A stretch of 64,000 bases of DNA from Propionibacteriaceae bacterium (GTDB lineage: Bacteria > Actinomycetota > Actinomycetes > Propionibacteriales > Propionibacteriaceae). Location: positions 162-64,161 of the forward strand of contig DASVEX010000171.1 in the NCBI GenBank assembly GCA_036380335.1, read 5' to 3'. The translations under genes were made by a program, and so were the position numbers. Below are positions 16,322 to 26,025 of the stretch, one piece after another; within the stretch, counting starts at the first letter, position 1; each line of letters begins with the position of its first letter. Under the pieces are notes generated by a model. That model was not told where the DNA came from, did no database searches, and saw only the letters and a program-made list of their open reading frames with translations.

Positions 16322-18463
16322 TCAGCCTTCGCGCGTTATCTCGCTCACGATCCAGGCGTACTCGAAGGCCAGTTCCCGCCAGCTCTTGTAGCGTCCGCTC
16401 ACGCCGCCGTGGCCGGCCACCATCTCGGTCTTGAGCAAGATCTGACGTTTGTCCGAGTTGGTGGCGAGATGCCGCAGAGCGGCGACCCATTTGGCTGGTT
16501 CGACGTAGAAAACGCGGGTGTCGTTGAGGCTCGTGGTGGCCAGAATGGCCGGATAGTCGATCGCGCCGATATTTTCATATGGTGTGTAGGACTTCATGTA
16601 CGCGTAGACCTCGGGGTCGTGCAGCGGGTCTCCCCACTCCTCCCACTCGATCACGGTAAGCGGCAGATCAGGATTGAGGATGGTGGTCAGCGCGTCGACG
16701 AAGGGTACCGCGGCATGGATGGCGTGGAACTTCTCTGGGGCGAGGTTGGCCACGGCACCCATCAATAGGCCTCCGGCGCTCCCGCCGCGTGCGGCCAACC
16801 GGTCGGCCGAGGTGTATGCCTGCTCCAGGAGATAGTCCGCGCAGGCGATGAAGTCGGTGAAGGTGTTCCTCTTGGTGAGCGTCTTGCCATGCTCGTACCA
16901 GCTCCGACCAAGCTCGCCCCCGCCTCGGATGTGGGCAATGGCATAGACGATGCCACGGTCGAGCAGCGAGAGCCGCGGGACGGAGAAGCTGGGGTCCATG
17001 GATGCCTCGTACGCGCCGTATCCGTAGAGCATGGCGGGGGCCGAGCCGTCCAGCGGGACATCGGCCCTACGCACGATCGACAGCGGCACCTGGGTGCCGT
17101 CCGGCGCTGTAGCCCAGCCACGTTCTTGGATGTAGTTCTCGGGTTGATATGGGCCAAACCGCGGGTCGTCCAGTACTGGGGTGCGTTTTAGCAAGGTCAG
17201 TTCACCGGTGGTCAGGTGATAGTCGTAGATCGAGTCAGGAGTCAACATCGAGGCGTAACCAACCCTGATGGTCGGGGTTTCGTACTCAGACTCACCGGGC
17301 GCGTACGCCACGTAGAGCGGCTCGTCGAAGGCAAGGTCGGCGCCGTCCTGCAGGTCGCCTCCCGCATCCCGAGGCACCACATGCAAAGCGGTCAGCCCAT
17401 CCCGTCGCAGCGACACGACGGCATGGGTGGCGTACGCGCTGACCGACAGGAGCCGGACACCCTGGCGGTGCGGAATGACCGGTGTCCACTCGGTGTGACT
17501 GGTGGCGCCGAGCGGCGCCTCTGCGAGTTCGAAATCTTCGGCGCCATCGTTGTGCACGATCAGCAACCGATCACCGGCGGGTTCGATGACGTACTCAACC
17601 CCCTGTCGGCGCGGCGCGACGATGTGAGGCTCACCCTCGGGATCATCGGTGCTGAGCAGCCGGAATTCCGAGGTGATCTTGCTGCCGGCGCCGATGATGA
17701 TCCAGCGATCATCGCGGCTTGCGTCGACACTCAGCCAGTAACGCTCGTCAGACTCGGTCAACACCTCGACATCCTGCGATGGGTCGTCGCCCAGCCGATG
17801 CCGCAAGATGACGTACGGCCGCCAGGCTTCATCCGCCCTGGTGTAGAAGAGGTGACCGTTCTTCGCCCATGCGACCCCGGATGCGGTGTCGTCGATCTGA
17901 TCAGCACGTAGCTCACCTGATACCAGGTCCTTGATCATGATCGTGAACCGCTCGGCCCCAGTCAGGTCGATCGAGTATGCGAGCAGGCGTCCGTCGAGAG
18001 AGACGCTCAGCGCGCCGAGGGCGAAGAACTCGTGCCCTTCCGCCTCACGGTTGCCGTCGAGCAGAATCTCCTCGCCGCTGATCTCATGTTCAGGATCCGG
18101 CAACGTCGCGCGATCGTTCGCGACGACCCGGCAGTAGATCGGATACTCCGATCCCTCCACCGTCCGTACGTAGTACCAGTAGGCATCTCCACCTGGATGG
18201 GACGTATAGGCCGGCACACTGAGGTCGGTTTCCTTGGTGCGGGCTTTGATCTCACCAAAGATTGCGTCCGAGAGCTCCGAGAGGTGGGCCGTTTGCGCTT
18301 CGGTGTAGGCATTCTCTGCTTCCAGGTAGCTGATCACCTCCGGATCGTCCTTGTCGCGCAGCCATTCGTAGGGGTCGACGAACACGTCACCGTGATGGAC
18401 ACGGGTGATCGGTCGCCTCTTGGCGGCGGGTGCGGGGGAGGTGAGGGAAGCGCGAGCGTACAT
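16322..18463 (-). CDS. S9 family serine peptidase, oligopeptidase B-like
   Basis: N-terminal beta-propeller and a C-terminal GGSAGGLLMG nucleophile elbow. HGDVFVDPYEWLRD start region. Start moved to the ATG at 18463. Confidence 0.85.
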   Translation of the reverse strand: MYARASLTSPAPAAKRRPITRVHHGDVFVDPYEWLRDKDDPEVISYLEAENAYTEAQTAHLSELSDAIFGEIKARTKETDLSVPAYTSHPGGDAYWYYVRTVEGSEYPIYCRVVANDRATLPDPEHEISGEEILLDGNREAEGHEFFALGALSVSLDGRLLAYSIDLTGAERFTIMIKDLVSGELRADQIDDTASGVAWAKNGHLFYTRADEAWRPYVILRHRLGDDPSQDVEVLTESDERYWLSVDASRDDRWIIIGAGSKITSEFRLLSTDDPEGEPHIVAPRRQGVEYVIEPAGDRLLIVHNDGAEDFELAEAPLGATSHTEWTPVIPHRQGVRLLSVSAYATHAVVSLRRDGLTALHVVPRDAGGDLQDGADLAFDEPLYVAYAPGESEYETPTIRVGYASMLTPDSIYDYHLTTGELTLLKRTPVLDDPRFGPYQPENYIQERGWATAPDGTQVPLSIVRRADVPLDGSAPAMLYGYGAYEASMDPSFSVPRLSLLDRGIVYAIAHIRGGGELGRSWYEHGKTLTKRNTFTDFIACADYLLEQAYTSADRLAARGGSAGGLLMGAVANLAPEKFHAIHAAVPFVDALTTILNPDLPLTVIEWEEWGDPLHDPEVYAYMKSYTPYENIGAIDYPAILATTSLNDTRVFYVEPAKWVAALRHLATNSDKRQILLKTEMVAGHGGVSGRYKSWRELAFEYAWIVSEITREG

Positions 18464-18497
18464 GGAGCATGAGCGTAGTGTTCCCGCAACGGCGACG

Positions 18498-19991
18498 ATG
18501 CGTGAGGATAGCCCCATGGGAGCTGAGGTCGACGCCACAGAGTTCACCCGGGAGGACCGAAAGCGTCACCGAGACAAGGTTCGCAAGGGCCTGGATGTGC
18601 TGGCCCGGATGCTCACCGAGTCTCGGTTCGACTTCGAGCGGCCAATGACGGGTCTGGAGATCGAGCTCAATCTGGTGGACATGGATTGTCAGCCGGCTCT
18701 GCGCAACGCTGAGGTGCTGGCGGCCATTGCAGATCCCTCGTTCCAGACCGAGCTTGGCCGCTTCAACATTGAGATCAATGTCGATCCGCGGCGGCTAGCC
18801 GATTTCGGCTTCTCCGACTTCGAGCAATCGGTGAGAAAGTCGCTGAATGAGGCAGATCCGCGTGCCAAGGAGATCGGCGCTCAGCTGGTGATGATCGGCA
18901 TTCTGCCGACCCTGATGCCACACCATGTGACATTGGACAGTGTCAGCGAGAATCCGCGCTACTCGATGCTCGACCAGCAGATCTTCGCCGCACGTGGCGA
19001 AGATCTGGAGATCATCATCGATGGCGTGGAACGCCTGGCGATGGTCTCCAACACGATCATGCCGGAGGCCGCCTGCACCTCGACCCAGGTGCATCTGCAA
19101 GTAAGCCCGGATGACTTTGCGGGCTACTGGAATGCAGCCCAGGCGATCGCCGGCGTACAGGTCGCCCTCGGGGCCAATTCGCCGTTCCTGTTCGGCAAGC
19201 AGTTGGTGTCCGAATCCCGAATCCCGCTGTTCGAGCAGAGCACCGATACGCGCAGCGACGAGCTGAAGGCTCAGGGTGTACGCCCACGTGTGTGGTTTGG
19301 CGAGCGCTGGATTACCTCGATTTTTGATCTCTTCGAGGAGAACTCGCGGTATTTTCCGGCACTGTTGCCGATCAGCTCCGATGAGGATCCAGTCGCCGTG
19401 CTGGACGAGGGCGGTGTGCCACATCTGGACGAGCTGCGGCTGCACAACGGCACCGTCTACCGCTGGAATCGGCCCGTCTACGACATCAGCGATGGCACCC
19501 CACACCTCCGCGTAGAGAACCGCGTGCTGCCGGCGGGGCCGACCGTCGTCGACACCATGGCAAATGCCGCCTTCTTCGCGGGGCTGGTGCGTGCGTTGGC
19601 CGATGAGGAACGCCCGATCTGGACGCAAATGTCCTTCCAGGCCGCCCAGGAGAACTTTGTGTCCGGCATCCGGCACGGCATCAACGCCGAGGTGTACTGG
19701 CCTCAGGTGGGTCAGGTGCACGTCGCAGAGCTCGTGGTTCGGAAGCTTTTGCCGATGGCGGCGGAGGGCCTGCGTCAATGGGAGGCGGACGAGGTTGAGA
19801 TCGGTCGGCTGCTCGACATCATCGAACGGCGCTGCTTGCGTACGGCCAATGGATCTACTTGGCAGGTCGCGGAGGTGGCGCGGCGTGAACAGGCTGGCGC
19901 ATCGAGGCAGGAAGCGTTGCAGGGGATGCTCGCCAGCTATCTGCCACACATGCACAGCAACGAGCCAGTCCACACCTGGGAGGTGAACTGA
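18498..19991 (+). CDS. Glutamate-cysteine ligase family 2 (carboxylate-amine ligase)-like protein
   Basis: GLEIELNLVD..., TSTQVHLQV, RVENRVLPAGPT patterns of the GCS2 fold. Start ambiguous (18462, 18498 or 18516). Confidence 0.6.
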   Translation: MREDSPMGAEVDATEFTREDRKRHRDKVRKGLDVLARMLTESRFDFERPMTGLEIELNLVDMDCQPALRNAEVLAAIADPSFQTELGRFNIEINVDPRRLADFGFSDFEQSVRKSLNEADPRAKEIGAQLVMIGILPTLMPHHVTLDSVSENPRYSMLDQQIFAARGEDLEIIIDGVERLAMVSNTIMPEAACTSTQVHLQVSPDDFAGYWNAAQAIAGVQVALGANSPFLFGKQLVSESRIPLFEQSTDTRSDELKAQGVRPRVWFGERWITSIFDLFEENSRYFPALLPISSDEDPVAVLDEGGVPHLDELRLHNGTVYRWNRPVYDISDGTPHLRVENRVLPAGPTVVDTMANAAFFAGLVRALADEERPIWTQMSFQAAQENFVSGIRHGINAEVYWPQVGQVHVAELVVRKLLPMAAEGLRQWEADEVEIGRLLDIIERRCLRTANGSTWQVAEVARREQAGASRQEALQGMLASYLPHMHSNEPVHTWEVN

Positions 19992-20408
19992 GTGTCACAG
20001 ACCGAGCTGGTTACCTCGTCGCTGCCCGCGCCCGCCAAGCCAGTCATCGTTGTCGGCTATTCCTCGCGGCCGGAGGGCCGCGCGGCCTTGAAGCGCGCAT
20101 TGAGCGAGGCGAGATTGCGCGAAGCGGCGGTTGTCGTGCTCGACACCTCTCCTGAAGTGGACGCTCCCGGGTTGGCTGAGGAGCTGACCGCCTCGGGAGT
20201 CAGCTACGAGATCAGAACCACGGATGTCCATGACTCCGCCGACGAGCTGCTCAGAGTAGCCGAGACCACTGAAGCCGACTTCATTGTGATCGGACTGCGC
20301 CGCCGGTCCCCGGTCGGCAAGTTGCTGTTGGGCAACAACGCCCAGCGAGTGCTGCTTGACGCGGCCTGCCCAGTTCTTGCTGTGAAAGCTGGGCCCGAAG
20401 CCGGCTAA
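19992..20408 (+). CDS. Universal stress protein family
   Basis: VIVVGYS..., DFIVIGLRRRSPVGKLLLGNNAQRVLLDAACPVLAVK. GTG start overlaps the upstream stop (TGAGTG). Confidence 0.85.
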   Translation: MSQTELVTSSLPAPAKPVIVVGYSSRPEGRAALKRALSEARLREAAVVVLDTSPEVDAPGLAEELTASGVSYEIRTTDVHDSADELLRVAETTEADFIVIGLRRRSPVGKLLLGNNAQRVLLDAACPVLAVKAGPEAG

Positions 20409-20597
20409 CACGGCATTGACGCCCAGCCGCGGCCGACACGAAATCGCGGGCGGCCTGCTGCTTTGGAGATCCGTGTCAGAATACCGGGTGGAGCGCCTAT
20501 TGACATCCAGTGGGCGTTGCTTGCCCTTGTTCCGCCAGGTCAGTCCGAGAGGCCCTTTGTGACACCCCCCTCCAAACTGCAGAGATCATCCCGCGCG

Positions 20598-22028
20598 GTG
20601 GCTGCGTCCACAAGCCGGGCACGGCAAGAAAGCGTTCCGATCAAGAAGGCCGCGCCAGCCAAGTCAGTTCAGGCCAAGAAAGCTCCAGCCAGGAAGGCGC
20701 CGTTGACGTCTGTCGATGGCTCCCGGGCGAAGAAGGCTGCAGCACCCCCGCCGCCGCAAGCCAGCGATGAGTCAGTCATCTCTGACGAGACCTCAGCGAC
20801 GACTGCGCCGGAGGTCGTCGATCCTCACGCTGTTGATCCCGAGGCGGCAGACGTCGAACTTGACGACGTCGCTCTTGAGCAGCTGGATGTCGATCTTGAG
20901 GCGGAGCCGTTGACCGCCGACGTTGTCGTCGATTTGGAGACTGAGGAGGTCGTCCTCACAGTCGGCAAGAAGCGGAGCCTGGACGACGTCGACGAGTCGG
21001 CGTTCGAGCCGGCCGCAGAGGCGAAGCTCGAAGAGGAACTGGCCGAGGACGAGGGCTTCACGCTGTCGGAGGCTGACGACGCCGACGAGCCCGAGCAGCA
21101 GGTGATGGCCGCCGGCGCCACGGCTGATCCTGTCAAGGACTACTTGAAGCAGATCGGCAAGGTTGCGCTACTGAATGCCGAGCAGGAAGTCGAGCTCGCG
21201 AAGCGCATCGAAGCCGGACTGTTCGCTGACGAGAAAGTCAATGACGAACAAACCAAGATCAAGGCGACCCAACACGACGACTATGAATGGATCGCCGAAG
21301 ACGGCCGTCGTGCCAAGAACCACCTCCTGGAGGCCAACCTCCGGTTGGTGGTTTCGCTGGCCAAGCGCTACACCGGGCGCGGAATGCTTTTCCTCGACCT
21401 CATTCAGGAGGGCAACCTCGGCTTGATCCGGGCGGTCGAGAAGTTCGACTACACCAAGGGCTACAAGTTCTCCACGTACGCCACGTGGTGGATTCGGCAG
21501 GCGATCACTCGGGCGATGGCCGACCAAGCGCGTACGATCCGCATCCCGGTGCACATGGTCGAGGTGATCAACAAGCTTGCTCGGGTGCAGCGACAGATGC
21601 TGCAGGATTTGGGCCGGGAGCCGACACCGGAAGAACTCGCGCGCGAGCTTGACATGACCCCGGAGAAGGTCGTCGAGGTTCAGAAGTACGGGCGCGAGCC
21701 GATCTCTTTGCACACACCGCTGGGCGAAGACGGCGACTCCGAGTTTGGCGATCTGATCGAGGACTCGGAGGCAGTCGTACCTGCGGACGCGGTGAGCTTC
21801 ACCCTGCTTCAGGAGCAGTTACATGACGTGTTGGACACCCTCAGCGAGCGGGAAGCTGGCGTGGTGTCGATGCGATTCGGACTGACCGATGGTCAGCCCA
21901 AGACGCTTGACGAGATTGGCAAGGTGTACGGCGTGACTCGGGAACGGATCCGCCAGATCGAGTCCAAGACGATGAGCAAGTTGCGCCACCCGTCCCGATC
22001 CCAAGTGCTTCGGGACTACCTGGACTGA
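20598..22028 (+). CDS. rpoD: Principal RNA polymerase sigma factor (RpoD/HrdB/SigA)
   Basis: Lys/Ala/Pro-rich then acidic N-terminal extension, [31 protein letters not shown], and complete regions 2-4 ending SQVLRDYLD. Start tentatively at the GTG at 20598; the track ORF opens at 20463. Confidence 0.9.
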   Translation: MAASTSRARQESVPIKKAAPAKSVQAKKAPARKAPLTSVDGSRAKKAAAPPPPQASDESVISDETSATTAPEVVDPHAVDPEAADVELDDVALEQLDVDLEAEPLTADVVVDLETEEVVLTVGKKRSLDDVDESAFEPAAEAKLEEELAEDEGFTLSEADDADEPEQQVMAAGATADPVKDYLKQIGKVALLNAEQEVELAKRIEAGLFADEKVNDEQTKIKATQHDDYEWIAEDGRRAKNHLLEANLRLVVSLAKRYTGRGMLFLDLIQEGNLGLIRAVEKFDYTKGYKFSTYATWWIRQAITRAMADQARTIRIPVHMVEVINKLARVQRQMLQDLGREPTPEELARELDMTPEKVVEVQKYGREPISLHTPLGEDGDSEFGDLIEDSEAVVPADAVSFTLLQEQLHDVLDTLSEREAGVVSMRFGLTDGQPKTLDEIGKVYGVTRERIRQIESKTMSKLRHPSRSQVLRDYLD

Positions 22029-22045
22029 CGCTACCTGGACTGACG
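22016..22045 (+). repeat. Exact 15-bp tandem duplication spanning the rpoD stop codon
   Basis: ctacctggactgacg occurs twice in tandem. The first copy holds the last rpoD codons plus TGA (22026-22028). Confidence 0.85.
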
Positions 22046-22203
22046 CTGGGGCCAGGTGCCATGGGGTCGAGCTGGGCGCCGGTCGAGGTGCGGCTGGCTC
22101 TTCGCTGGCCCGGAGGGGCGCTGAGGATGAGCCCAACTGCCCGAAAGGCTAACCGGCTGCTGGAAGCTGGGTGGTGGCCGGCTGAACAGCCTGCGGGGAT
22201 CAG

Positions 22204-22401
22204 TTAGCCGATCCGCTGCGACTCGTCGTGAATGGTGAGCGCCACTTGCTTGAGCTTGTCTGCATGCTCCTTGCCGTGGTGTGAGCAAAACAGCAGCTCG
22301 AATCCGCTCGCCATGGTGACTCGAACATATGCTTGCGCGCCACACCGATCGCAACGATCCGAGGCGTTCAATGCGGGACCTTCGATAACGGGAGTATTCA
22401 C
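22204..22401 (-). CDS. Small conserved actinobacterial Cys/His protein (DUF7455-like)
   Basis: ...DRCDRCGAQAYVRV...LLFCSHHGKEH.... GTG at 22401 is preceded by a GAGG RBS. The track ORF (169 aa) is an upstream extension. Confidence 0.65.
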   Translation of the reverse strand: MNTPVIEGPALNASDRCDRCGAQAYVRVTMASGFELLFCSHHGKEHADKLKQVALTIHDESQRIG

Positions 22402-22691
22402 GCTGGGCCTCGCTTCCTGACGATTTGATGTTCTGGTCAGATGATCTTTCTGATCCGAGGCGTGCATCGTGTCGGCGATACACACTTCGCATATCTCAAC
22501 ATCTCGTCTGCGTCTGATTGTTCCGGTTCTGCGTCTCGTGCCAATGACCGTTGTGTAACGAATCCTGTGAATCCTCGCGTTGCCGGGCCAGATGCCATGG
22601 CCTTGTTGTGAAAGTTTCGTTGTTCGACACATCAGCGGATTGGCCGCTCGTGGTGCGCCGTCAAACGGCCGTCGCGAGGTACTCTCAGCCC

Positions 22692-24767
22692 GTGCCAACT
22701 GCCAGCCCTGCAACGGAAAGCCGTGATTACGAGGCGCGGCACCTGTTGGTGTTGGAGGGGCTCGAGGCGGTCCGGAAACGGCCTGCTATGTACATCGGCT
22801 CCACAGATACCAGGGGGCTGATGCACTGCCTGTGGGAGATCATCGACAATGCTGTCGACGAGGCGCTGGGCGGCTACGGCAAGGAGATCTTTGTCACACT
22901 GCGCGCCGACGGCGGCATTACGGTGCGAGATCAGGGTCGCGGTATCCCAGTGGACCTCGAACCGCGTACCGGCCTGTCCGGAGTCGAAGTGGTGTTTACC
23001 AAGCTGCACGCGGGTGGCAAGTTCGGCGCCGGGTCCTATAACGCGACCGGTGGGCTGCACGGCGTGGGTTCCTCGGTCGTCAACGCCTTGGCTAGTCGGC
23101 TCGATGTCGAAGTCGACCGCAATTCTGCGACCTGGGCCATGTCGTTCCGGCGCGGTGTTCCGGGGACCTTCGACGGCCCGGGGCCAACCGCGAAATTCAC
23201 CGCAGGGGGTCCACTGCGCAAGAGCGGTCGGGTGGCCAAAGGAGCGACCGGAACTCGGGTCACCTACTGGCCCGATCGGCAGATCTTTCTGCACGACGCG
23301 CAACTCTCGTTGCGAGACCTGCAGGATCGTGCACGGCAGACAAGCTTTCTGGTGCCCGGACTGGCGCTCCATGTCATCGACGCCCGCTCCGAAGAGGTCA
23401 TCGAAGAGACCTATCGTCACAGCGGCGGCATCTCGGAGTTCTGCGAGTTCCTCGCACCTGATCAACCCATCACCGACGTCGTCCGGCTGCGCGGCACCGA
23501 TCGATTTACCGAGACCGTGCCAATGCTGGACGACGAAGGGCACATGGAGCCCGCAGACGTCGAGCGAGACCTCGACATCGACGTCGCCGTTCGATGGGGA
23601 GATGGCTACGACACCCGGACCCACTCATTCGTGAACATCATCGCAACGCCCAAAGGTGGCACCCACATAACTGGCTTCGAACGGGGACTGACAAGGGCAT
23701 TCAGCAATGCGCTGCACAACACCCGGCTGCTCAAGAACGGCGACGAGGTCCTGAAGGAAGACGTACTGGAAGGGATGACTGCAGTCATCACCGTGCGACT
23801 GGCCGAGCCGCAGTTCGAGGGTCAGACCAAAGAGGTGCTCGGTACGCCTGCCGTGTCACGGCTGGTGACCAGGGTGGTGGAACGCGAGCTCGCCAGATTT
23901 CTCTCCTCCACCAGGGCAGCGACCAGGACACAGGCTCGCGCGGTCCTGGAGAAGGTTGTCGGCGCGTCGCGGACTCGGGTCGCTGCCCGGCAGCATCGAG
24001 AGGCCCAGCGCCGTAAGAATGCCCTGGAGTCATCCTCGCTGCCGGCCAAGCTCGTCGACTGCCGCAGCAATGACGTCGACCGCTCGGAGCTGTTCATTGT
24101 CGAGGGCGACTCGGCACTTGGTACGGCGAAACTGGCCAGGAACTCCGAGTTCCAGGCCTTGCTGCCGATCCGGGGGAAGATCCTCAATGTCCAGAAGGCC
24201 TCGATCGGCGACATGCTGAAGAACGCGGAATGCGCCTCGATCATCCAAGTTGTCGGTGCCGGCTCCGGCCGCAGCTTCGACATCGACACGGTCCGCTACG
24301 GCAAGATCATCTTCATGGCCGATGCCGACTCCGACGGTGCCCACATTCGTTGCCTGCTCGCAACCCTCTTCTTTCGATACATGCGTCAACTTGTCGATGC
24401 TGGTCGGGTCTTTACCGCCGTGCCGCCGCTGCATCGCTTTGAGTTAACGAATCCCCGCAAGGGCCAGGAGAAGTACATCTACACCTACTCCGACGCGGAG
24501 TACCAGCGAAAGGCAGCTGAGCTCACCAAGAAGGGTCTGAACTTCAAGGAGCCACAGCGTTACAAGGGGCTTGGCGAGATGGACGCCGACCAGCTGGCCG
24601 AGACGACGATGAATCCGCGGCACCGTACGCTGCGCCGCATGACGGTGGACGACGGCCTGATCGCCGAGACCACATTCGAGATGCTGATGGGCAACGATGT
24701 GGGTCCGCGTAAGGAGTTCATCATCGATGGCGCGTACGCGCTCGACGCCGCCACTATCGACGCCTAA
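22692..24767 (+). CDS. Type IIA topoisomerase subunit B (second GyrB/ParE-like paralog, topo IV-like)
   Basis: LEGLEAVRKRPAMYIGS, GHKL ATPase motifs, TOPRIM EGDSA and PL.GK. Start uncertain (GTG 22692 chosen). Confidence 0.85.
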   Translation: MPTASPATESRDYEARHLLVLEGLEAVRKRPAMYIGSTDTRGLMHCLWEIIDNAVDEALGGYGKEIFVTLRADGGITVRDQGRGIPVDLEPRTGLSGVEVVFTKLHAGGKFGAGSYNATGGLHGVGSSVVNALASRLDVEVDRNSATWAMSFRRGVPGTFDGPGPTAKFTAGGPLRKSGRVAKGATGTRVTYWPDRQIFLHDAQLSLRDLQDRARQTSFLVPGLALHVIDARSEEVIEETYRHSGGISEFCEFLAPDQPITDVVRLRGTDRFTETVPMLDDEGHMEPADVERDLDIDVAVRWGDGYDTRTHSFVNIIATPKGGTHITGFERGLTRAFSNALHNTRLLKNGDEVLKEDVLEGMTAVITVRLAEPQFEGQTKEVLGTPAVSRLVTRVVERELARFLSSTRAATRTQARAVLEKVVGASRTRVAARQHREAQRRKNALESSSLPAKLVDCRSNDVDRSELFIVEGDSALGTAKLARNSEFQALLPIRGKILNVQKASIGDMLKNAECASIIQVVGAGSGRSFDIDTVRYGKIIFMADADSDGAHIRCLLATLFFRYMRQLVDAGRVFTAVPPLHRFELTNPRKGQEKYIYTYSDAEYQRKAAELTKKGLNFKEPQRYKGLGEMDADQLAETTMNPRHRTLRRMTVDDGLIAETTFEMLMGNDVGPRKEFIIDGAYALDAATIDA

Positions 24768-24780
24768 CTCAGTCGCAAGC

Positions 24781-25251
24781 TCAAGCGGTCGCCCGCGCAA
24801 GTGCTGGACCAGGACTTGGCAGAATCCCGTATTTCCTGCTCAGCTCTAGCAGGACCTGGGGGTTCGGCGGCTGTCCCCGCAGCGATGCGAAGTACTCTGC
24901 CTGCTCGGCGAAGAGCTTCTCCATTCCAGCCGGCACGATGACACCCACTGCCCACACCGGTTCATCCGACAAGTTGGCGAAGGCGTGCGGAACACGACGG
25001 GGAAGCCACTGAAGGGTGCCGGGGCCAGCCTCGATCTGTAGCTCGCCAACCTGCAGCGTGAGCACTCCCGAGATGACGAAGATTGCCTCGTCCTCCCGAC
25101 TGTGGACGTGTCGCCCTGGTCCCGGAGCGTGTGCCGGCATCCGGGCCTGCCCGAAGGCGACCAGCCCTCCGGTGCGATCGCCACTCGCCAGCACGGCCCA
25201 CGGCTGAGCTTGGTCTAAAGCACTCACAGTGAAGGGTTCAAAGTCGGTCAA
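24781..25251 (-). CDS. Cupin domain protein
   Basis: GRHVHSREDEAIFVISG...LPRRVPHAF cupin motifs. TTG start. Confidence 0.7.
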   Translation of the reverse strand: MTDFEPFTVSALDQAQPWAVLASGDRTGGLVAFGQARMPAHAPGPGRHVHSREDEAIFVISGVLTLQVGELQIEAGPGTLQWLPRRVPHAFANLSDEPVWAVGVIVPAGMEKLFAEQAEYFASLRGQPPNPQVLLELSRKYGILPSPGPALARATA

Positions 25252-25266
25252 TGGAACTCCTAACTA

Positions 25267-25297
25267 GAGATAATCACTAGTGTAGGCCACTAGTATC
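25267..25297. promoter_or_regulatory. Candidate TetR operator: two CACTAGT(G/A) cores 13 bp apart, flanked by AGATA...TATCT
   Basis: agataatCACTAGTGtaggcCACTAGTAtct fills most of the 51-bp cupin/tetR divergent intergenic region. Confidence 0.4.
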
Positions 25298-25302
25298 TGA
25301 CC

Positions 25303-25962
25303 ATGGCGGTCAAGTCCCTTAGGTCAGAGTCCTCTCCGGCACCGTCGCGGAAAGAACGTGCCGCTGCCACGAGGGCGCGCATCCTGGCCTCGGCGTACGC
25401 CGCCTTCGTAGAGTCGGGTTTCCAGGCAACGACCATGCCGTCGATTGCGGAGCGAGCTGGAGTGGCTGTTCAGACCGTCTACTTCATCTTTCACACCAAG
25501 ACCGAACTGCTGCGGGCCGTTGCCGACGCTGCTGTCATCGGTGTCTCAGACCCGCAGCCGCCGAACCTGGCCGAGTGGTATCAGGCGGCCGTGAGCGCAG
25601 CCGATCCGGAGCAGGCCGTCGCGGCCTTCGTCGCTGGAGTCGCGAGCGTTCTGGATCGGATTGGTCCGCTGACATCCGTCCTGGCCAGTGCAGCTGCCCT
25701 CGAACCGATGATCGCCGAGCATCTCGCGCATACCGAGCAGCTCCGTGTTGAAGGCTATCTGGCCTTCATCCGCCACCTTCACCGCAACCGGCTGCTTCGC
25801 CCGGGACTGAGCGTCAAAGTAGCCACGGATGTCCTGCTGACCCTGCTCGGCCCGGCCACCTATGTCGCATTCACCCGGGATCGTGGCTGGAGCCATAACC
25901 AGTATCTGAGGTGGATTTCGCCAACTCTCGTAGGGCTGCTGATCAAGGATCGACCTTCCTGA
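25303..25962 (+). CDS. TetR/AcrR family transcriptional regulator
   Basis: N-terminal HTH: RILASAYAAFVESGFQATTMPSIAERAGVAVQTVYFIFHTK. Confidence 0.9.
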   Translation: MAVKSLRSESSPAPSRKERAAATRARILASAYAAFVESGFQATTMPSIAERAGVAVQTVYFIFHTKTELLRAVADAAVIGVSDPQPPNLAEWYQAAVSAADPEQAVAAFVAGVASVLDRIGPLTSVLASAAALEPMIAEHLAHTEQLRVEGYLAFIRHLHRNRLLRPGLSVKVATDVLLTLLGPATYVAFTRDRGWSHNQYLRWISPTLVGLLIKDRPS

Positions 25963-26025
25963 TCGCGAGGAGGCGTCGACAGGGTGTGGCGGCGCCAAGT
26001 CCACCGACAAGTTGGCGCTAAGCAG

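Noticed and set aside
20409-20597. Promoter hexamers (TTGACA at ~20500, CAGAAT at ~20482) upstream of rpoD
   Set aside because: I could not pair any -35-like hexamer with a properly spaced TANNNT -10 element. Promoter calls by eye would be unreliable here.
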